From an uncultured Acidobacteriota bacterium (GTDB taxonomy: Bacteria; Acidobacteriota; Vicinamibacteria; Fen-336), in the NCBI GenBank assembly GCA_963732935.1, contig CAVTBK010000002.1, positions 611,650 through 675,649 on the forward strand: 64,000 nucleotides of DNA, read 5' to 3'. Each line of letters begins with the position of its first letter. The stretch's first letter is position 1. Below the pieces are notes generated by a model, which saw nothing but the letters and a program-made list of their open reading frames with translations, did no database searches and was not told where the DNA came from. This document shows positions 50,592 through 59,527 of this stretch, piece after piece. The translations under genes and the position numbers were made by a program.

Positions 50592-52907
50592 CTACTTCCA
50601 GGCGAGCGTGCTCGAGTACGTCTCGCCCGCGGCCGTGAAGAGCGAGACCTCGATCGTCCAGCTGCGGGTGCCCTCGCGCAGCAGCTGGTCGCGCGTCTGG
50701 AAGACGAGGGCGCGGTCGCGGGGCGCGACGGTCGTGGAGAGGAGGGGCACGCGGCCCTTCTGCGTCCTCCCGTCGACGGTGGTCGCGACCAGCATGCTGG
50801 CGAGCCCGATCGGCTGCGAGCCTTCGTTGACCAGGAAGGCGCTCACGCTGAACTTCTCCCCGGGCTGGGGCGCCGCCGGGATCGTCTCGAAGCGGATCTT
50901 GCCGGGCAGCTCGGCCGCCTGGGTCGCCCGCTTGACGGGGATCCCCGACTCCTCGAACCCGACCAGGCCCGTCGACGCCTCGCGCCCCTTGGCCTCGGTT
51001 CGGCCGGCGACGAAGCCGTGGACGGGAGCGGCGGAGGCCCGGCCGGCGGAGGCCGCCTCCGCGACGGTCTTGGCGGTGACGGCGTTGCTCTTGCCGGTGA
51101 GCGCGGCGACGTTGCCGGGATCGATCTCGAGCACCTGGTTGTAAGCGACGACCGCGGCGTCGAACTGCCTCGCCTCCATGGCGCTGGCACCTCGCGAGAG
51201 CAGGGAGTTGACGCGGGCGGTCTTCTCCTGCTGCGCCTTCGCCTCCCCCTCCTGCCGCGCCTCGTCTTTGGCGGCCTCGACCCGCGACCGCAGCTCGACG
51301 GCGGAACGGTCCCAGGGCGCCTCCGCGAGCGCCAGGGCCGCCTCGCGTTCGGCCTCGGCGAGGTCGCCTCGCGCTAGAGCGGCGCCGCCCGAGGCGACTC
51401 GCGTGAGCGCCCGCGCTCCGACGCTTGCCTGCTCGAGCAGCTGTCGGGCCGTCGCGCTGCCGGGGTCGTCTCGCAGCGCCTGCTGCGCCGCGCCGACCGC
51501 CCGGTCGTAGCGGCCCGCCTCGAAGGCCGTGCGCGCCGAGCGCAGGGAGGCGGTGGCACGACCCTCCGCGGGAGCGAAGGTCGGCTGGGGCGCCGCGGTC
51601 ACGGGCGGCGGCGCCAGCGTGGCGGCGGTCACCGGAGGGGCGGTCAGGGGCGAGGCACTCGCCGCGGGCGCGAGCGGGGACGGCGCCGCCGAGGGGGACG
51701 GTCCGCGAGGCGCGAGGGAGGTCCGGCTCCACGATGCGAGCGAGGCCCGGTTCCACCAGAGGAACGCACCTGCCCCCGCGATCACGAGCAGCGAAGCGAG
51801 CGCGAGCCAGGGCGCGAGCCCATGCCGGCCACGCCGGGCTCGGCGGGCCGGGAGGGGAGTTCGGCGCACCCCCGGCCGAGAGGCCGACGGCTCATGCACG
51901 GTCGGACCCGTGGCGCGCGTCGCGGCCGCCGTCCGGCGCCCGATCGGCCCCGTGCGCGGCTGCGCCAGATCCACCGTGACGCCTGTCGGCGTGAGGCTCG
52001 CCGGGCCGTTCACGACCGTCGGACCCGCCTCGGCGAGCGCTGCGTCCGCGGCCGGCGCGTGCGTCCGCAGCCAGGAACGCAGGTCGCTCGCGAACTCGCT
52101 CGCCGTCTGGTAGCGCTCGGCGGCGTCCCGGGACAGGGCCTTGCGCAGCACCGGCGGCAGCCCCTCCGCCGGACCCGCCGGGATCAGGCTGAAGTCCGCC
52201 TCCTCGTGGGTGATCTTGTAGAAGATCGCCATCAGGCTTTCGGCATGGAATGGACGGCGACCGGCGAGCAGCTCGAACAGGAGGCAGCCGACGCTGAACA
52301 GATCGCTCCGCCCGTCGACCTTCGCCCCCTGTACCTGCTCGGGAGACATGTAGTCGGCGGTGCCGACGATGTTGCCGGTTCCCGTGAGCGACGCGGTGGT
52401 GAGCCGGGCCACGCCGAAGTCCATGATCTTTACGGAGCCGTCTTCCCGGATGAAGATGTTGGCCGGCTTGATGTCCCGGTGGACGATCCCCGCCTGGTGC
52501 GCCTGCCCCAGCCCGGCCAGCACCTGGACGATGATCGCGACCTTGCGCTCGAGCGGAAGCGGCGTCTGGCGCATCGCCTTCTGCAGGTCCAGGCCCCGCA
52601 GCAGCTCCATGGCGATATAGGGCGAGCCGTCGGTGTGATTGCCCAGGTCGAAGACGGTCACCACGTTCGGGTGGGTCATCTTCGCGATCGCCCTGGCCTC
52701 GCGCTCGAAGCGCTGCTTGAGCTCGGGGTCGTCGGCGATCTGCGCGACCATCACCTTGAGCGCGACGTCCCGGTCGAGCACCGTGTCGTGCGCCACGTAC
52801 ACGTGACCCATCGCGCCGCGACCGAGCGGGCGCAGGATCTGGTACTTGCCGATCCGCCCGGTCAGCTCCCGGGGAAACTCTCTGCCGCCCGGCTCAGCCA
52901 TCCCCAC
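50592..52907 (-). CDS. Ser/Thr protein kinase with TM segment, TPR-like region and Ig-like C-terminal domain
   Basis: 771 aa. GRGAMGHVYVA..VALKV..HRDIKPANIF..DFGVAR..GTADYMSPEQ. Confidence 0.9.
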   Translation of the reverse strand: MGMAEPGGREFPRELTGRIGKYQILRPLGRGAMGHVYVAHDTVLDRDVALKVMVAQIADDPELKQRFEREARAIAKMTHPNVVTVFDLGNHTDGSPYIAMELLRGLDLQKAMRQTPLPLERKVAIIVQVLAGLGQAHQAGIVHRDIKPANIFIREDGSVKIMDFGVARLTTASLTGTGNIVGTADYMSPEQVQGAKVDGRSDLFSVGCLLFELLAGRRPFHAESLMAIFYKITHEEADFSLIPAGPAEGLPPVLRKALSRDAAERYQTASEFASDLRSWLRTHAPAADAALAEAGPTVVNGPASLTPTGVTVDLAQPRTGPIGRRTAAATRATGPTVHEPSASRPGVRRTPLPARRARRGRHGLAPWLALASLLVIAGAGAFLWWNRASLASWSRTSLAPRGPSPSAAPSPLAPAASASPLTAPPVTAATLAPPPVTAAPQPTFAPAEGRATASLRSARTAFEAGRYDRAVGAAQQALRDDPGSATARQLLEQASVGARALTRVASGGAALARGDLAEAEREAALALAEAPWDRSAVELRSRVEAAKDEARQEGEAKAQQEKTARVNSLLSRGASAMEARQFDAAVVAYNQVLEIDPGNVAALTGKSNAVTAKTVAEAASAGRASAAPVHGFVAGRTEAKGREASTGLVGFEESGIPVKRATQAAELPGKIRFETIPAAPQPGEKFSVSAFLVNEGSQPIGLASMLVATTVDGRTQKGRVPLLSTTVAPRDRALVFQTRDQLLREGTRSWTIEVSLFTAAGETYSSTLAWK

Positions 52908-53035
52908 CTCGCGCCCCAGTACGCTGCCACCGACAGGCGAACGTCCGCCTCGGGCGGGCCCTGCGAGCGAGCGGATTAGACGGCAACCTTCCGACGAGTG
53001 TCAACTGCCGGAAGCGGACGACGGCCCCGCGGCCC

Positions 53036-53054
53036 GGCCGCGGGACCGTCGCGC
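53036..53054 (-). terminator. GC palindrome 12 nt downstream of pal
   Basis: CCCGCGGCC-C-GGCCGCGGG. No U-tract follows, so this is tentative. Confidence 0.3.
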
Positions 53055-53065
53055 TCCGCCAGAGG

Positions 53066-53620
53066 CTAGGGCGTCTTCGACGTAACCGTGAACTTGTCGA
53101 CCCGGTTCTTCTGCCAGCACGCCTCGGTCGACTCGGTGCAGAAGGGGACTTCCTTGCCGTAGGAGACGTTCTTCAGCCGCGCCGCGGGCACGCCGAGCGA
53201 GACGAGGTAGTCGATCACCGCCTGCGAACGGCGCTCGCCGAGCGCGATGTTGTACTCGATCGTGCCGCGCTCGTCGCAGTGACCCTCGACCGTGACGCGG
53301 AGGAAATCGTACTTCTTGAGCACGTCCGCGTCCTTGGTGAGAGTGGCCCGCTCGCTGTCACGGATGTTGGCGCTGTCGAAGTCGAAGTAGACGCTGTCCA
53401 GCAGGCCCAGCTTGTCGATCTCTTCGGGGCTCATCGCCTTGATCCGGGCGTACTCGTCCACCTGCGGCGCCACCTGCGGCGCCGGAGCAGGAGCCGGCGG
53501 AGGAGCCTCGGGGGCGACGGGGGCCGGGGGGGGCGGTGGGGGCGGCAGCTTCTTCTTGCCGCAGGCGGGCAGCGTCACGAGCGCCAACGCGATCACGAGG
53601 AGGATCGGCTTCTTCATCAT
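53066..53620 (-). CDS. pal: peptidoglycan-associated lipoprotein (OmpA_C family)
   Basis: 184 aa. Lipobox LVTLPACG, Pro-rich linker, VYFDFDSANIR..VEGHCDERGTIEYNIALGERR. Confidence 0.9.
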   Translation of the reverse strand: MMKKPILLVIALALVTLPACGKKKLPPPPPPPAPVAPEAPPPAPAPAPQVAPQVDEYARIKAMSPEEIDKLGLLDSVYFDFDSANIRDSERATLTKDADVLKKYDFLRVTVEGHCDERGTIEYNIALGERRSQAVIDYLVSLGVPAARLKNVSYGKEVPFCTESTEACWQKNRVDKFTVTSKTP

Positions 53621-53662
53621 CAGCTTCCCTCTGCTCTTTCGGCAGTCCCGTGGCGGGACGTT

Positions 53663-53827
53663 CTAGCTCTTCTTGTCGGGGTCGTCCGAGTCGCCTCTCA
53701 GGGATTCCTTGAAATTGCGGATGCCCTCGCCGATCCCCTTCCCGAGCTGCGGCAGTCGGCCGACGCCGAAGATCAGGACGACGATGACGAGGATGAGGAG
53801 CAGCTCGGGAACGCCGAGACCGAACAT
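53663..53827 (-). CDS. tatA: twin-arginine translocase subunit TatA/E
   Basis: 54 aa. [40 protein letters not shown]. The ORF track entry is over-extended at the N-terminus. Confidence 0.9.
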   Translation of the reverse strand: MFGLGVPELLLILVIVVLIFGVGRLPQLGKGIGEGIRNFKESLRGDSDDPDKKS

Positions 53828-53893
53828 GTGATTAGCCTCCGGGGCGCGGTGGGGATGACGCCCTCTCAGCAATCATATACCCGGATCCAGCAC

Positions 53894-54730
53894 TCAATGC
53901 GTGACCTCGACGACGCGCAGGGCCTCGTTCAGCCGCCCGCGGCGGTAGCCCTGAGGGTCGATCTCCGCTCCCGAATAGCCGCTCGCGACCACGGCCCGCA
54001 GGACGGCGTCCCTCAGGATCGGGTCGCCCAGACGCGCCAGCTCCTCGCGTGCGATCTCGACGCGTGCCGTCTCGCCCAGGTGCCGGACGCGCAGCTCGCG
54101 GAACCCGAGCGCCCGCAGCGCCGACTCGGCTCGATCGACGCGGGCAAGAGCCTCCTGGGTGACCGGCGTCCCGTAGGGCAGGCGCGAGGCGAGGCAGGGC
54201 GAGGCCGGCAGCTCGGCGGTCGGCAGATCGAGCTGCCGCGAGAGCGCCCGGACGTCCTCCTTCGTGAAGCCTGCCTCTGCGAGCGGAGCGCGGGCGCCGG
54301 CCTGGTCGGCGGCGCGGCGGCCAGGCCGGTAGTCCGTCAGGTCGTCGACGATCAGCCCGTAGACGACGTGGGCGAAGCCCTCGGCGGCCGCGAGCGGGCG
54401 CAGCTGCCGGAAGAGCTCCGTCTTGCAGTGATAGCAGCGCTCGGCGTCGTTGCGGGCGTACTCCGGGTCGGCGAGCTCCTGGGTCCGGATCAGACGGTGC
54501 GCGAAGCCGAAGCGCAAGGCCAGCTCGAGGGCGAGCGCCCGTTGATCCGCCGAGAGCGAGGCGGAGTCGGCCGTGACGGCGAGCGAGCGGGCTCCCAGAA
54601 CGCGGTGTGACACGAGGGCCAGGCAGGCGCTGTCGACGCCGCCCGAGTAGGCGACGATCACGGAGCCCAGCTCCGCGAGGATCCGCTCCAGCCTCTCCCG
54701 CTTGGCCCGCAGCTCGGTCGGCTCGCTCAC
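53894..54730 (-). CDS. larE: LarE-type PP-loop ATP-dependent sulfur transferase (TIGR00268 family)
   Basis: 278 aa. VAYSGGVDSACL (PP-loop)..RCYHCK..SPCLASRLPYG..RVRHLGETARVEI. The GTG overlaps the stop of the upstream small ORF (GTGA). Confidence 0.75.
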   Translation of the reverse strand: MSEPTELRAKRERLERILAELGSVIVAYSGGVDSACLALVSHRVLGARSLAVTADSASLSADQRALALELALRFGFAHRLIRTQELADPEYARNDAERCYHCKTELFRQLRPLAAAEGFAHVVYGLIVDDLTDYRPGRRAADQAGARAPLAEAGFTKEDVRALSRQLDLPTAELPASPCLASRLPYGTPVTQEALARVDRAESALRALGFRELRVRHLGETARVEIAREELARLGDPILRDAVLRAVVASGYSGAEIDPQGYRRGRLNEALRVVEVTH

Positions 54731-54894
54731 TCCTGCCACTCCTCTTCGTCCTGCGGCGCGATCTCCAGTTCCAGGGGCGCGAGCCCCACCACCGCTAGCT
54801 CGATCCCGCACTCCGGACAGCTGATGATCTCCCCCTTGTCCACGTCGAACTCGTCGATCTCGACGTCCGCTTCGCACTCGGGGCAGACGGCCAT
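54727..54894 (-). CDS. lysW: LysW/ArgW-like amino-group carrier zinc-ribbon protein (55 aa; absent from the ORF track)
   Basis: My own translation: MAVCPECEADVEIDEFDVDKGEIISCPECGIELAVVGLAPLELEIAPQDEEEWQE*. Two CPEC pairs and an acidic EEWQE tail, like the EDWGE tail I recall for Thermus LysW. Confidence 0.6.
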   Translation of the reverse strand: MAVCPECEADVEIDEFDVDKGEIISCPECGIELAVVGLAPLELEIAPQDEEEWQE

Positions 54895-54944
54895 GAGATG
54901 ACCCTCCCTTGCGGATCTTAACCCGACCGCTCCGGCCGGAGCGC

Positions 54945-55460
54945 TCAGTCGGCCCGGTACTCGCCGCTGCGGCCGCCGGACTTCCGCACCAGGCGGATCT
55001 CGCCGATCCGCATGGCGCGGTCCACGGCCTTCACCATGTCGTACACGGTGAGGGCGGCGATGGCCACCGCGTGCAGGGCCTCCATCTCGGCGCCCGTGCG
55101 CGCCTCGGTCTCGACGCGCGCCTCGATCTCGAACCCGTCCCGGCGGGGTGTGAGCTCGACGTCGACACGGGTGAGCGGGATCGGGTGGCAGAGCGGGATC
55201 GTCTCGGGCGTGCGCTTGGCGGCGAGGATGCCGGCAATTCGGGCGACCTCGAAGGGGGCACCCTTCGCCAGCCGGCCCGCACGCACGAGCCGCATCGCCG
55301 CCGGGGCGATCCGGATCCGTCCCCGCGCTACCGCCGCGCGGGCGGTGACGGGCTTGTCCGAGATGTCGACCATGCGGGCGCGTCCCGCGCGGTCGAAGTG
55401 CGTGAGCGAGGGACCGGGCGGTCCCGCGGCAGGGCGTCCGACGCTAGGCTGGCGCACCAT
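54945..55460 (-). CDS. moaC: cyclic pyranopterin monophosphate synthase MoaC
   Basis: 171 aa. LTHFD..MVDISDKPVT.R.A.A..TIPLCHPIPL..EMEALHAVAIAALTVYDM. Confidence 0.9.
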   Translation of the reverse strand: MVRQPSVGRPAAGPPGPSLTHFDRAGRARMVDISDKPVTARAAVARGRIRIAPAAMRLVRAGRLAKGAPFEVARIAGILAAKRTPETIPLCHPIPLTRVDVELTPRRDGFEIEARVETEARTGAEMEALHAVAIAALTVYDMVKAVDRAMRIGEIRLVRKSGGRSGEYRAD

Positions 55461-56667
55461 CGTCCTCCAGGAAGCTCGAGAGCAGGAGTGCCTCCGCGGT
55501 CTCGCCGGGGGCGGCCTCGGTGCGACCCGCCTCGATCACGACCAGCGCGTTCGCCCTGGCGTGCGCTACGAGATCGGCCGAGCCCAGCGAGCGCAGGAGC
55601 CGGGCCGCGAGACGTCCCTCCCGCCATAGCAGGCGGGCCGGCAGGTGGCTCGCGCGCCCCGAGCGGTTGCGCACGGCCGACTCGAGCACCACCGGGATGC
55701 GGGGCCGCGCCAGGGAACGCGCCCCCTGCATCCGGCGCAGGCACGGCCGGACGAACAGCTCGAAGGTGACCTGGGCCGAGACCGGGTTGCCGGGCAGGCC
55801 GAAGACGAGCGTCCGGCCGCGCTGGCCGAAGACGAGAGGCGCACCGGGCCTGATGGCGACGGCTGTGAACGAGAAGACGAAGCCGGCCTGGCGCAGGGCC
55901 GGCTCGACGAGGTCGTAGGCGCCCGCCGAGACGCCTCCCGAGACGACCAGCAGGTCCTTGCCGTCGGCGCGGGCCAGCGCCGCGCCGATCGCGTCCAGGC
56001 GATCCGCAGCGACGCCGAGCAGCTCTACCTCGGCGCCCGCGGCGCGGGCCAGCGCCGTGAGCGCCGGGCCGTTGCTGTTGCGGATCCGACCCGGGGCGGG
56101 CGTCTCCTCGACGGGGACGAGCTCGTCGCCGGTCACCAGCAGCGCCAGCCTCGGCCGTCGCGCACAGAGCGGCCGTGCGCAGCCGACCGCCGCCAGCACG
56201 CCGATCGTCGCCGGGTCGAGCTCGCGGCCCCGCTCCACGACCACCGCCCCGGCCGCGACCTCCGAGCCCCGGCGGGCAACATGGGCGCCCGGCTCGACGG
56301 CTTCCAGGATCTCGACCCGGTCGGGACCGGGCCGCGTCTTCTCGATCTGCTGGACGGCCGTGGCGCCCTCGGGCACGGGGGCTCCGGTCATGACGCGCAG
56401 CGCCTCGCCCGCGGCGAGCGGTCGCACGGGCCACTCGCCCGCCCGCAGCTCGCCCACCACGCGGAGCCAGACGGGCGGTGCTCCCACGTCCTCGGCACGC
56501 AGCGCGTAGCCGTCCATCGCCGCCCGGTCGAACGGCGGCAAGTCCGCGTCCGCCCGAAGGTCGCGGCTCAGCATGCGCCCCGCCGCGTCGGCAAGCGCGA
56601 CCTCTTCCTCGTCGAGCAGCGGGGTCTCGCGCAGCACGATCGCAAGGGCTTCGTCGAAGGGGATCAC
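55444..56667 (-). CDS. moeA: molybdopterin molybdotransferase MoeA
   Basis: 407 aa. ..PPFDRAAMDGYA..VSGGVSAGAYD..GLPGNPVSA. Confidence 0.88.
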   Translation of the reverse strand: MIPFDEALAIVLRETPLLDEEEVALADAAGRMLSRDLRADADLPPFDRAAMDGYALRAEDVGAPPVWLRVVGELRAGEWPVRPLAAGEALRVMTGAPVPEGATAVQQIEKTRPGPDRVEILEAVEPGAHVARRGSEVAAGAVVVERGRELDPATIGVLAAVGCARPLCARRPRLALLVTGDELVPVEETPAPGRIRNSNGPALTALARAAGAEVELLGVAADRLDAIGAALARADGKDLLVVSGGVSAGAYDLVEPALRQAGFVFSFTAVAIRPGAPLVFGQRGRTLVFGLPGNPVSAQVTFELFVRPCLRRMQGARSLARPRIPVVLESAVRNRSGRASHLPARLLWREGRLAARLLRSLGSADLVAHARANALVVIEAGRTEAAPGETAEALLLSSFLEDDGAPA

Positions 56668-56936
56668 GAAGCGATTCTAGCCTCGGTCCCGACGGCTGCG
56701 CGCTCGCCTTCCGTCCCCCGCCCAACCCACTCGTCCAGAAAGAGTTGCCGCGATCCCAGCCAGGCGCTACACTCGCCCCCGCTGGTAGCGTCGTCCGCGA
56801 GGACGACGCGCCAGGTCGCCCGCTCGCCGGCGGGCGTTTGGGGGGAGACAGGCCCGGTGCCGCGGCACCCCGCAGCCGTCGCAGCTCGTTTCGTCGCGTG
56901 GCGAGCAGGTCCGTCTCGCGGAGCGCGCGAGTGGTG

Positions 56937-58700
56937 ATGCTGGCGGTGGCATTGCTCTCGATCGCGGCGGCCCGGATCGAGTCGATCACGCTGACGCAGG
57001 TGGGCTCGCGCCCCGCCGTCCGGGTGAGCGTATCGGGAACCCCGGGCACGGTCGTGCTGGGGCGAGAGCGCAGCGCCGCGCGCCTCGTGATCACGGACGC
57101 GGAGCTGGGGCTCCGCTTCTCGGGGGCGCGGCGTGTATCCTGGTCGCCCGGGGAGCGGACGAGCCCCGGCTGGCTCTCGGGCTCCCGGGGACGATGGTTG
57201 CGGAGGATCGAAGTCGGCGAGGGGGCGGGTCTCGTGTACGTCGTCGTGCTCTCCCCCGGTGCGGCAGCGGAGCTGCGGCGTGACGCGCAGGGCCTGCTGG
57301 TCATTCTGCCGCGCGCGCGGGGCGCCCGCGAAACGAGCGAGGCTGCCGAGGAGGGCCCGCCTCCGGAGGCAATCTCGGCACCGCCGACCGACGGTGGGCA
57401 CGGGGACCCTCCGCCGCCGATCGTCGGACCCGAGGACCCCTCGGCACGGAGCCAGCCGCAGACCGACGAGCCGGCGCCGGGTGATCGCTCCGTCGCGAAG
57501 CTCTACCCGCAGCTGTTCCCACCGCCGACGGGCGGGGAGAGCGCCCGCGCTCCAATCACGTTACCTGTCCGCGAGCGCGGTGCAACACTCGGTCCTTTCC
57601 GCCTGAGCGGCTCCGTCGAGACGCGCTACGTCGACGCGGACACTTATCTGCAGGCCGCCGACCAGCGGGTGCGCGACCACTACCTGGAGATCGATCCCCG
57701 AGCCGGCCTCGAGCTGCCGATGGGAGCCGGGAGTCTCGCGGTCGAGTACAAGCCGGCTCTGCGAGCGCTCGCGACCTACGGCCAGATGAACAGCAGCAGC
57801 CACTACCTGAACGGCACGCTGGACCTGCCGCTCGGCGAGCGCTTGACCCTGCGCGCGGACGAGCGCTTCGTGCTGGGCACCCTCGACACGCGAATCGTCG
57901 ACCCCGGGGGCGAGTACTTCTTCTCGCTCGGGCGCTTCCGCCGCAACGACGTCAACGGGGGGCTCAGCGTCCTGATCGGCCCGCGCACCAGCCTCGAGCT
58001 CTCGGGCGGCGCCGGGAACGTCCACTTCCTGCGGGAGTCGAGCTTCTTCGACTACGACAGCCGCCGTTTCACGGCGGGCGTCGGCTTCGAGGTCACCCCG
58101 AACCTGAAGGCCGTCGCCGGGTATGCCTACGACCTCGTCCCCCGGCCCCCCGATCATCCCCAGGCCGAGGCGCAGGCGCACTCGGCGAACCTCGCCTTGA
58201 GCGGGGAGCTGCTGCCGCTGCTGAGCGGGGAGCTGGCCCTCGCCTATCGCGACCAGCGGAATCCCGCCGCGGGCGCGGGAGGACGGCACTATGCGGGCCT
58301 CACGTTCTCCGGCGTGCTGACCCGCCAGCTGGCGCCGGAGGCGAGCCTCTCGCTCTATCTGTCGCGGGGCCTGCCGGTCTCGGCTTACGAGGCGAACGGC
58401 TTCTACGTCTCGACGGCGGCGCAGGCCGCGCTCCAGCTCCCGCTGCCGCTCGCGCTCCAGGTGCGCTTCGGCGTCGGGCATCAGTGGAACGGTTATCGCG
58501 TGGCCAGCGAAGGCGGGCTGCGCGAAGACCGGATCTTCAGCTGGTACGCCACCCTGCGTCGCGCCCTCCGCGGGCATCTGGCGCTGAGCGGCAGCTACCG
58601 CCTGGAGCGGCGCCGCTCGAGCCTGGCCGCCTTCGACACCGACAGCAGCGGACTGCTGCTCCAGCTCGAATGGCAGGCCGTGGGGAGACCGGCACGATGA
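56937..58700 (+). CDS. outer-membrane beta-barrel protein of an EPS export locus, with an N-terminal AMIN-like domain
   Basis: 587 aa (alternative GTG starts at 56931/56934). IESITLTQVGSRPAVRVSVSG.. is AMIN-like. The C-terminal ~400 aa show alternating beta-strand patterns and end ..LLLQLEW. The stop overlaps the next ATG. Confidence 0.55.
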   Translation: MLAVALLSIAAARIESITLTQVGSRPAVRVSVSGTPGTVVLGRERSAARLVITDAELGLRFSGARRVSWSPGERTSPGWLSGSRGRWLRRIEVGEGAGLVYVVVLSPGAAAELRRDAQGLLVILPRARGARETSEAAEEGPPPEAISAPPTDGGHGDPPPPIVGPEDPSARSQPQTDEPAPGDRSVAKLYPQLFPPPTGGESARAPITLPVRERGATLGPFRLSGSVETRYVDADTYLQAADQRVRDHYLEIDPRAGLELPMGAGSLAVEYKPALRALATYGQMNSSSHYLNGTLDLPLGERLTLRADERFVLGTLDTRIVDPGGEYFFSLGRFRRNDVNGGLSVLIGPRTSLELSGGAGNVHFLRESSFFDYDSRRFTAGVGFEVTPNLKAVAGYAYDLVPRPPDHPQAEAQAHSANLALSGELLPLLSGELALAYRDQRNPAAGAGGRHYAGLTFSGVLTRQLAPEASLSLYLSRGLPVSAYEANGFYVSTAAQAALQLPLPLALQVRFGVGHQWNGYRVASEGGLREDRIFSWYATLRRALRGHLALSGSYRLERRRSSLAAFDTDSSGLLLQLEWQAVGRPAR

Positions 58701-59527
58701 GCGCCCTCACCGCCGCGGCGCTCCTGCTGCTGCTCGCGGAGGCACCCGCCTCGACCTCGACTTCGACCGACGAGTACCGCGTCGGCCCCGGCGATCTGCT
58801 GGAGGTGGTGGTCGCGGGCAGACCGGACCTCAGTCGCCTGGCGACGGTCCAGACGACCGGCACGATCCGGCTGCCACGCGCCGGCGAGCTCGGCGTCCGA
58901 GGCCTGAGCGTCGGAGAGATCGCCGAACGCCTGGCGCCGCTGCTGGCCGCGGAGGCCCTCGAGCCGCCCCGCATCACGGTCCGCGTCCGCGAATACCACA
59001 GCCAGTTCGTCTGGACGCGGGGGGCGCTGGCCCGCCCAGGCCGCAAGCCCCTGGCCGGCGGCACCCGGCTCGTCGACGTCCTGCTCGCGTCGGGCGGATT
59101 CCTCTCCGAGGCCTCGGGCGAGGTGGTGATCGACCGAGCGAACGGTGTCTTCGAGGGCGGCGGCCACAGGCTCGCCCTGCGCTTCGGCCGCCCGACCCCG
59201 GGACCCGGGGACCTGGAGCGGATGGCCCTTCCGCTCGCACCCGGCGACATCGTGACCGCTTCCGCGCAACAATGGGTCGTCGTGAGCGGAGCCGCCAGGA
59301 GACCGGGCCGTCATCCCTACCAGCCGGCGCTCACGCTGACCCGCGCGGTCCAAGGCGCGGGAGGGCTGCTGCCGGCGGCCAGTCGGCGCGTCAGGGTCCT
59401 GCGCGGGGATGCGCCCGCCGCGCGACGCGAGATCGAGGCCGATCTCGATGCGATCCGTCGGGGGAGGCAGGAGGACCTGCTGCTGCAGCCTGGCGACGAG
59501 ATCGTGATCGAGGCGCGGCGCCTGTGA
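58697..59527 (+). CDS. polysaccharide export protein (Wza-like: Poly_export + SLBB)
   Basis: 276 aa. YRVGPGDLLEVVV..GTIRLPRAGELGVRGLSVGEIAE.. and GDIV.. / GDEIVI motifs. Confidence 0.75.
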   Translation: MSALTAAALLLLLAEAPASTSTSTDEYRVGPGDLLEVVVAGRPDLSRLATVQTTGTIRLPRAGELGVRGLSVGEIAERLAPLLAAEALEPPRITVRVREYHSQFVWTRGALARPGRKPLAGGTRLVDVLLASGGFLSEASGEVVIDRANGVFEGGGHRLALRFGRPTPGPGDLERMALPLAPGDIVTASAQQWVVVSGAARRPGRHPYQPALTLTRAVQGAGGLLPAASRRVRVLRGDAPAARREIEADLDAIRRGRQEDLLLQPGDEIVIEARRL

